Of a DNA stretch of 64,000 bases, positions 56,529 to 64,000 are shown piece by piece. Below the pieces are notes generated by a model. It did no database searches, was not told the DNA's origin, and was given only the letters and a program-made list of their open reading frames with translations. Source of the stretch: Curvularia clavata (taxonomy: Eukaryota). How positions within the stretch are numbered: the stretch's first letter is position 1; the number at the start of each line of letters is the position of its first letter. The stretch lies in contig CP089275.1 in the NCBI GenBank assembly GCA_023920165.1, positions 930,001 through 994,000 on the forward strand, written 5' to 3'. Made by a program: the position numbers and the translations under genes.

Positions 56529-57445
56529 TCACTTCTGCTGATCTGCCTCCGTCTTCAGCTTGAGCACACTAAATCCCAATCCGGCGAACTTTCTAAGCAC
56601 ATCCTCTATCTCTAGCTTCTTGATAAGTACATCGATGTGCTCGAACATGGCTTTGACAACGGTGTCATATAAGCCTTCATAACGACCAGGCGTTGAATCG
56701 CAGACATAAAGAGCGGCGGTGGCAAAATCGGTTTCGTTCCAGAAGTGGCCGCATGCCCGGTGGAACTTTTCGGCAGCAAGATCTTTAAGGCCCGTGGCCT
56801 GGTACTTGTCGGCGATTTCGTACATCTTGATGTGGAGGAGAAGCTGGGAAGAATCGCCTGTGACCCGTGGGCCGCACGTCTCGCAGACGAAGTCCTTGCG
56901 CTCGTAGCCGGATATAAAATTTTGGCATGTATGGTGTTTACAAACTTGATGCTCTACGCTATTAGGCACCGGACAGGTATGAGGGAAGTCATATGAATAT
57001 GCGTGTCCATATGAGCCGAACTTTGGACGTTGTAAATCCACCAGAAGCCCGCATCTCTTGTCGGGTAGCTGTGGTTCGTAGTCTCCCTCATACAGATACT
57101 GGATCAAAAGCTTGATGGCGGCCGCTTCTTCTACAGGGAGGTCGATTCTGCCCTCGGCCGATTCCTGTATCCATTTAGCGATGGCAATTCACATAACAGC
57201 GTTCGATGGACACGCACCTTTCCCCCAAATTTGATAGCTCGAGCAAAGAAGTCGACCTGCTCGCAAACGACGACTCTGTGAACATGATATGAATCAGAAC
57301 CACAAGTAATATTTAGGTCAGTGTATCGACCTGATTCAAGAGAGCTGTATAGACGTTAGCTTCGGTAGCGCAATGGTTGTCAAAAAATAGAGTAGTAGGT
57401 ATACCCTCTAAGTGAAGCCAAAACGTGTTGCCCAATTGACGCCAT
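56529..57445 (-). CDS. BTB/POZ domain protein with Cys/His insert (paralog 1)
   Basis: YTDLNITCGSDSYHVHRVVVC..FF, GKESAEGRIDL, LIQYLYEGDY, HIKMYEIADKY..GLKDLA..KF. Introns 57404-57345, 57217-57165. Confidence 0.88.
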
Positions 57446-58033
57446 ATATTCGATAGTGTGTTTTAATAGAGTATTGTATTTTTCCCGATTGTATATCGCG
57501 CGTAAATAGTAAATCGAAAATAGGGTGTTCTGGGTTTATCTCAGGTATGTATCCTGCGTGTGTACAAGTGGGAAAGCAAAAGTGGCGAAGGAAATGGTAG
57601 TAAACAGGGCTGATTCTCCAGCGGGGTTGGCCGCTACCCTGCAAACTAGCATTGGGCAACAATACTACCAATAAGACATTGCCAACGCGCCTCGCCTAAA
57701 CAACCAGAGAACAGCAAACGCTCTTTTACAAACGCGTTTGAAGAAAAAGAATGAAAGAAACTCTCCCACGACCAGTAAGAATGAGATATCAAAACGAGGT
57801 CACTTACAGAGGAGAGCTAGCACCATCAATCAGTAATTTTGACAACCACGGTTACCTTTAAAAGTGGTGGTTTTAGTAGGTCGTCATGTTTGAGCTTCAC
57901 CAGTTGTGAAAAAAGGATAAAAGAAAAGAAACTTTTGGTTGTATTGACTGTTTGTATCTTGCGCCTCATAGACATATAGTTGGCCAAGGTCTCTGAGGGA
58001 TACCTTCTGTAGACTATGCAACCACACCTACGT

Positions 58034-58859
58034 TTATTGCACCCAACCGTACGTTTCTGCCTTCCTCAACAATATTCTATATGAAAGGCCACCAAAAGCT
58101 GTCATGAGTGCTTCGATTTCTGGCTTACGGATGAGCTCCATGTGCGTAGCAATGGTGTCGCTAACGACATCTCTCAGCCCTTTGTCCTCCTCGATCGTAG
58201 TCGAAAATGCGTGGTTCGCAGCGACGGGGAAGGAATCTTCGTTCCAGTGCAAAGAGCAGCCGGTGCGGAACTTTGACCGAGACAGTCCCTTCAATCCGAC
58301 GATGTTGTACTTATCAGCCATCTCATACATCTTTGCATGAACAAGGATCTCATCAGCTGACAGGTTTTCATTACTGTTACAAGTGACGCAAGTAAAGTTT
58401 TTGCAGGTATGACGGCATTCGTATCCACATTCATGGTGGAGACACAGGTACTCGGAACAGTTCTCAGAGCAGGTGTGCGGAAACTTGTAGCCATATTTAG
58501 TGACACTGTAGTTGCCAGTGTATAAATATTGCACAAGCAACTTTACGATTATGGGCTCGTCATGGGGGAGATCAATTTTCGACTCCTCAGACTCCTGCAA
58601 CTGTCAGTAGATCCAAAGAGTTATTGTAGCCAACTTACTTTGCCTCCGAATCGAAGAGCGGCCGCGAAAAATTCCGATTGGGTGCAAACTATCATCTTGT
58701 GGGTTTTGTATACATCATTCCCACACGTGATAGTAAGATCTGAGTATTCTCCTGATGCCATGCATCTGTGTAGGAATTAGTGCAACGTCATGTGATAGAA
58801 GGAATAGGAAAATACCCTGCAACTGCCGCCAGAACATGTTGTTGTAACATCTTTGGCAT
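58034..58859 (-). CDS. BTB/POZ domain protein with Cys/His insert (paralog 2)
   Basis: YSDLTITCGNDVYKTHKMIVCTQSEFF, GKESEESKIDL, LVQYLYTGNY, HAKMYEMADKY. Introns 58815-58766, 58638-58595. Confidence 0.88.
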
Positions 58860-59486
58860 GTCGAACGTGCGAGACTGGCTGCGCGGGAGGAAAAGCTATT
58901 CTTTATAGGTGAGCGATCTGGGAGAGCGTTTGTATCCTACTATCACTTGGTCAGTGCTCACTTTGTGTGATGGTGTGGAGATGAACGTGAAGGTCTTGCA
59001 CGCCTATCTGCGGCTAGATCTTTCGCCCATTCATTGATTTGGAAAGCCGTAGAATACTATGGCCGTGGCTCGAGGCAAATTAACCAAATTGGAGGCAAAA
59101 CAGTAGTGTACAAGCATAACTATTGCTATCGGAACTATGCAGCAGGTAAGTATCCCAGGCCTGGGCCAAGGCGCTAGCTCCAAGGGTAGCCGCCGTGCCA
59201 TAATGTAGGAGCGACCTGTATCTTCGATGCTCGTTGTTGAAACATTCGCGGCATCACTACGCGCTTTCGACTCACAATGCCCAGGATTTAGGTTTCATCA
59301 TCACAGCTCTTCTCTTATATACAGCGATAGTTCTTCATTGCTGATCTTTGGTAGCTGGGGGGCGGCTTGCTTTTTGTTATTGACATGGTTTTCATGGGAC
59401 AATTGCTGTAAGCGAGCCGGTAGTAAAAGCCAACAAGAAATGCAATAATAGATTCCAAAAGTATTGGGTACAAGTATACCAAAAAA

Positions 59487-60598
59487 TCAAACAGATAACA
59501 TAAACGCAACAGATATCATGCCAACGACCCACCAAACCCTTGCTGTGATTCTCTCATGGATGCCATACGAACCATTAGGAACGAGGGATCCCGGTGAAGA
59601 CTCTACTGAGCATACAGTGCCACCGCCTTTCGCTACTGTAGTAGTACTGATATTGAACAATAGCTCAACCCATTGAATATCGAACCAGGCTTCTTCGTTG
59701 AAATTCATTCGACCCGAGAAATTTCCACCATTGCTCCAAACGTTTAAGATGATCGTGCTCTCGGCATCTGGAACATTCACAGTAGTCTCAGCCGACTGTT
59801 TTCCGTTGACATACCATACGCTTCTATCTTGCACCCAGTCCAAGCGATAGTCGTTCCAGCCGGAAGTAGGCTGCTCGTCTCCCGTGGATACGTTAAAAGT
59901 CGAGCCGTGTATTGGTACTGCCGTCTCTGGGTCTGTGGTTGGCTGGTTCGAGCAATGCATTTCGTTTCTAGTGCTTCCAGTAGGAATCTCGATATCCGAC
60001 TCGGCGGTGTCGTTATGATAAGTGAAGAAGCCAGCGACAGCACCACTGGCGCCGCGAATGCGACCCGACATGCGTATGGAGGCGTATGTGACATTGTACT
60101 CGTTGGATTCTAGCTGAGAGGCTAGCTGTGTACCATTTTCTAGCCGCATTGTATGAAGAGAGAGGTAGGTATTATGTTCTATAGAACCGTCTTTATCCCT
60201 ACCTATCAACAGTCAATATCATAGAGGCTTCAAAAGAACCACAATGACATACTTATTGAAACACTTGATGGTGAATAACGCATGTCAATAGTGCCGTTTT
60301 TGACGGCTGGCTTCAACCAATACCGAGCGTCCCAATCAGCGCTCCACGGAGAGCCAGCGATGATCTTTGACTGTCCATTCGAGGTTACTGAAGGTGAGCA
60401 GTCGTTTCCACTGCCAGGCAGTTTTTCTGCATCTCCGATAAAACACTCCGCTAGATTTCGAAAGTCGTAGAAGCGGTGGAAGTTATACGTTGCTGCAGCT
60501 GAGCCATTGGTGGAGAACCTGGTGCACGGTTCTGCAGCCACTCTCAGGAGGCTGTCAGCTATTAAAAGAATCGATAGAAGCATAAGTATGCCAAACAT
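59487..60598 (-). CDS. Secreted, probably GPI-anchored glycoside hydrolase family 16 protein
   Basis: Signal peptide, GAVAGFFTY, catalytic ESDIE (ExDxE), YRLDW, WYVNG, LNVWSNGG, hydrophobic C-terminus. Intron 60252-60203. Confidence 0.85.
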
Positions 60599-61940
60599 GG
60601 TGAGGTTTGATCGGAATTGTCGGTGATCGTGGCCATGGCATTTGTGAAATCACAAGCTTTTATCAGCTGTACCTATTTAAAGAAGACAAAAACTACATAT
60701 GACCTCTACTGGAAACATGGTACGCTAAGGAACACCTGAGAAAATCCTTGAAAATAACATCGAATCGAAAAAGCGCTTGAGTACTAAGCTTCGGCACTCC
60801 ACCTGTTAAGCTTCGAGCGGCTGGACGTCAGCATAGGCGTGTAGTGCTTCTAGGTCCACTACAGCGCGTCGAAATAGCAGCAGTAAAAATGTTACCAAAT
60901 AAACTGGTGGTACGATGATGGCGTAGCGTCAAGGAGAACCAATAAAATCGACGTCCGGCATGCCTTTCCCGTTTTGACGAGAAATACGAAACGAGGCGCC
61001 ACTTTTCTATTTTTCTGATGCTTACTGACAGCAAATCGTCTCGTATTCATGAGTCCACCTAAATGTATTGCTGGTAAAGAAAGGAAACAGATCGGGTTTT
61101 CCTTAGTGAGATGCATACCGTTTAATCCGGTTAAGGCATGACAAAGTCCACGTCGCATGCAACGGCGCTATACCTCTCAGAACAGTTGCAATTCATGGTG
61201 TCATTGTATGTTTTGACGAGTATGTCTCAAGCGCTAAGTCTATGATGCGTATCTTTCTCTGCCTACCAACCCTCTCATCGGTTCTGTGGCCATAGAGATT
61301 GTCGCTAATCCAAAGTCTATCTCTGACACAACCTTTCCATATGAGTTATTAGGAAGATGCGATAAAACTCATGATGACGTTCTCTTGAGAGCAAAATAGT
61401 AAAAATCGACCACGAGGGCTAAAAACTTTTGTGTTACTCCCAAGAAATGTATTGGACACATTTGGGGTTGAATTTTGCTTGATAAAGGCAAAATAATTTT
61501 TTTGTACGTTTGCCTACTTTCAGAAGGCAAGGACCATACATGATGCGAAAAGTTGCTGCTAACATTCCTAACTTTTCCTATGTTAATACCAGTGCTGAAA
61601 TTCAACGTTCAAATTTGGCGATCGCTTAGCCAGCGTGTCAGACAATTGTCCTTAATATATGCCTTTCATATCTTGCCTCACATGCTACTGATGAGACACG
61701 GTGATTGTCGTTCGCCCTTTGAATAACCGAACTTGAAGGCACGTGGGCGCTACTTAGAGCTACATCGACGTCGACGTTCTAGTATACCTCACGCTAGACT
61801 GTTTCTTGCTTAGTAGTATGTAAGTATGACTGGCCTGGTAGCTTGAACCTTTCATCTCATCTCTTTCTCGAAATCACAACCAAATCTCTCGGATCCTCTA
61901 CTGACAGAAATATAAAACAACAAGTAATCAGTCTTCCAAC

Positions 61941-62648
61941 ATGTCATCAAACTCTTTTGTTCTTCTTACATCCGGACTGGTCATCGTACCCACACCACTC
62001 GTGCTCCACAACCAATCTTACTTGGGCCTTTACGCTAGCTTGCATGCCGATGCCGCGTTTTGCGAAATGGGGTTCGGTGCTTCTTTTCCACCGAAAAACT
62101 GGACAGAAGAAGAAACACGCAAAGTCATTTTAACACGAGACATTGCTCGATGTTGGCAACCTAGGAATATGGGAGACTTTGCAGTGGGCTTGCGATCAAC
62201 AGCACAACTCGACCAGTTTACCGCGCGACCAATCAGTGGAACTGAGGATCAACTGCATGTTATCGAAGGACATGATTCAGAAGCGTTATCCCAGTCCTAC
62301 AGTCACGTGGAGTGGATAGGGTACGCAGGCGTACGCGACGCAACTACAACATCTATGCCACCACGCACAGATAGCGACCCTCCACTTCCACACTGGTTGG
62401 AAATGATAGAGCTTCGTTACGGAGTTGCGCCAGCATACTGGGGTAAAGGACTGGCTCGCGAGGCTGCGGAAGCAGTTATCCAGTGGGCTGGTAGAGAAAG
62501 AGGTGTTAGGAGGTTCATCGCTGAAACAGAGAGGGAAAACACGAGAAGTGGTAGGGTGCTTGAGAAGATGGGATTTAGTAAAACCGAAGGGACGAACTAT
62601 TGGAAAGATGAAAATGAAATAGAGTGGGAGAGAAAGTTCGTTGTATGA
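61941..62648 (+). CDS. GNAT acetyltransferase, RimJ/RimL-like
   Basis: ELRYGVAPAYWGKGLAREAAEAVIQWA and ENTRSGRVLEKMGF acetyl-CoA-binding motifs. Confidence 0.88.
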   Translation: MSSNSFVLLTSGLVIVPTPLVLHNQSYLGLYASLHADAAFCEMGFGASFPPKNWTEEETRKVILTRDIARCWQPRNMGDFAVGLRSTAQLDQFTARPISGTEDQLHVIEGHDSEALSQSYSHVEWIGYAGVRDATTTSMPPRTDSDPPLPHWLEMIELRYGVAPAYWGKGLAREAAEAVIQWAGRERGVRRFIAETERENTRSGRVLEKMGFSKTEGTNYWKDENEIEWERKFVV

Positions 62649-64000
62649 GAATGCTGATTCCAGTTGAATGGATCCTGTTTCGCCAGCCGAAGAAACAACG
62701 CGAAAAATTCGCTCGGAGCTACTAAAATGCTGGAACGATTTGCAGAGCATGCTTGAGGTCTGCGTCTTGACATCATTATATTGTCGTCGTATTCGTTGAA
62801 GACTGTGAAGCCAAGGCTGTGGACTCTCGGATGGAGAAGGTTACCAGTAATCGCACTTGCCACCATTTAAAGCTTTTAAAAAGCTACATTAGATTCAAAT
62901 ATGCATCTCTCCGTTGCGCAGTGACATATACGCAAATGTTCGAATAAGATAGAGGACAAATTCGTCAGCCTGCCACGTCCGGCACTGAGAATCGTTTTGA
63001 ACATGCTATTGAGTAAGCGCGAATACGATCGCAGAGGAATGGGTATATAAGAAACCGTTTAGTTACAAGAACGAAGAAGCGGTGAGCAAACAATGGATTA
63101 ATTGGTGCGGCTCGAGGGACTTCAAGACGAAAACAAGCAAACGGAAAAAATCGGAAGACGGTTCATAGTGTGATAGCCTTTCCTTTCGATAGTGGTCGCA
63201 GAATAAACCATGATGAACCCTGCGTTTCTTGGTGGGGACCTGCAGATACTGCCCAGGTGCCGATGATGAGGCTTAAAAGTCGGAGGTCGGTGAATTGCCG
63301 AAGCATGTGGACGGGAAGCTTCCTCTGAAGAGTAACGAGGCGCTTAAAAATCCAAATCAAGAGCTGCCGTGTTGTTAGCATACTTCGTTAAAATTGGGTC
63401 TTCATCTCGGAAATGCATGTCCGCGGACCGAAGACAAGTGCAAAGCAGGGCAATTGGACCTATGCGAAAAATTCTCAACCCTGTTTGCGGCCTAGAGTAC
63501 TCTATGTGGTAGCGCAACCTTCGAGAGACCTTTTATCCGTAGCCTGCACCTTTGAGAACGCGTCTCAAGATGGGTAGAGATGGCTCTTCGCCGTGCGGTC
63601 ATCCGTTAGAAGCAACCAAACTGTTCTGCATTCAGCGTGACATCACGTGGCACGTACCGTCAGGAAATCAACATGCGCATCGGATCCGGGGCAAAAAGCC
63701 GGAGGTGGATCGAGAAAAGTTGTTGCAACGGGGCGGTGGAGTGCAATGGAGACCCCGATAGAGTGCTGATCGTGCCATGGGGGAGAGGATATAATATGAC
63801 GTCACCAAAGGCGTCCTCGAAAAACGCCATCAAAACTAAGATTCGTGGCGTAACTTGGCCGCATCGATCGACGCTATTTAGGCGGCCTAATTCAGATGCT
63901 TGAACGGCAGACAAGGTCTTGTGTATGAGGCTTGAAAGCGTATTTCGGGTGACGGCTGGTCCCTTGGTCCATCTTGCAAGGCTGTGGGCAGAGACGTACT

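Noticed and set aside
63163..64000. Minus-strand open frame at the window end plus intron-like GTACGT..GCTAAC..CAG
   Set aside because: Translation not recognisable and truncated by the window edge; cannot support a gene call.
1..64000. tRNA, rRNA, CRISPR arrays, intact transposons, secondary-metabolite cluster
   Set aside because: No cloverleaf, rRNA, repeat-spacer, TIR/LTR or PKS/NRPS signatures recognised by eye; small ncRNAs could have been missed.

Overview
Gene-dense, intron-containing DNA from a filamentous ascomycete, probably a Dothideomycete/Pleosporales-like fungus (inferred from protein style and GT-AG/CTRAY intron signals). Conserved genes, in order: StuA (APSES TF), fimbrin, HEX1 (Woronin body), a DUF1682/CCDC47-like ER protein, a four-exon COX7 missed by the ORF track, a mitochondrial PPR-like protein, an ABM-fold protein, ACC1, NudE, an ANT1-like peroxisomal carrier, a small PY-motif membrane protein, RPN6, a 2382-aa intronless coiled-coil protein and a cytochrome b561. 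Accessory material is interspersed: a HET-6-like gene beside a pogo/Fot1 transposase relic, an orphan/pseudogene island at 43.4-46.1 kb, two tandem BTB paralogs with Cys/His inserts, a GH16 and a GNAT. The most striking observation is that StuA and HEX1 each carry a long protein-like reading frame upstream of and in frame with the first AUG (155 and 315 codons). Both leaders are almost free of AUG, and each has a CUG in a near-identical strong context (AAG-CTG-G, AAA-CTG-G), suggesting non-AUG-initiated long isoforms. All gene models were read by eye and are unverified by RNA data or database searches. No tRNA, rRNA or CRISPR was recognised.
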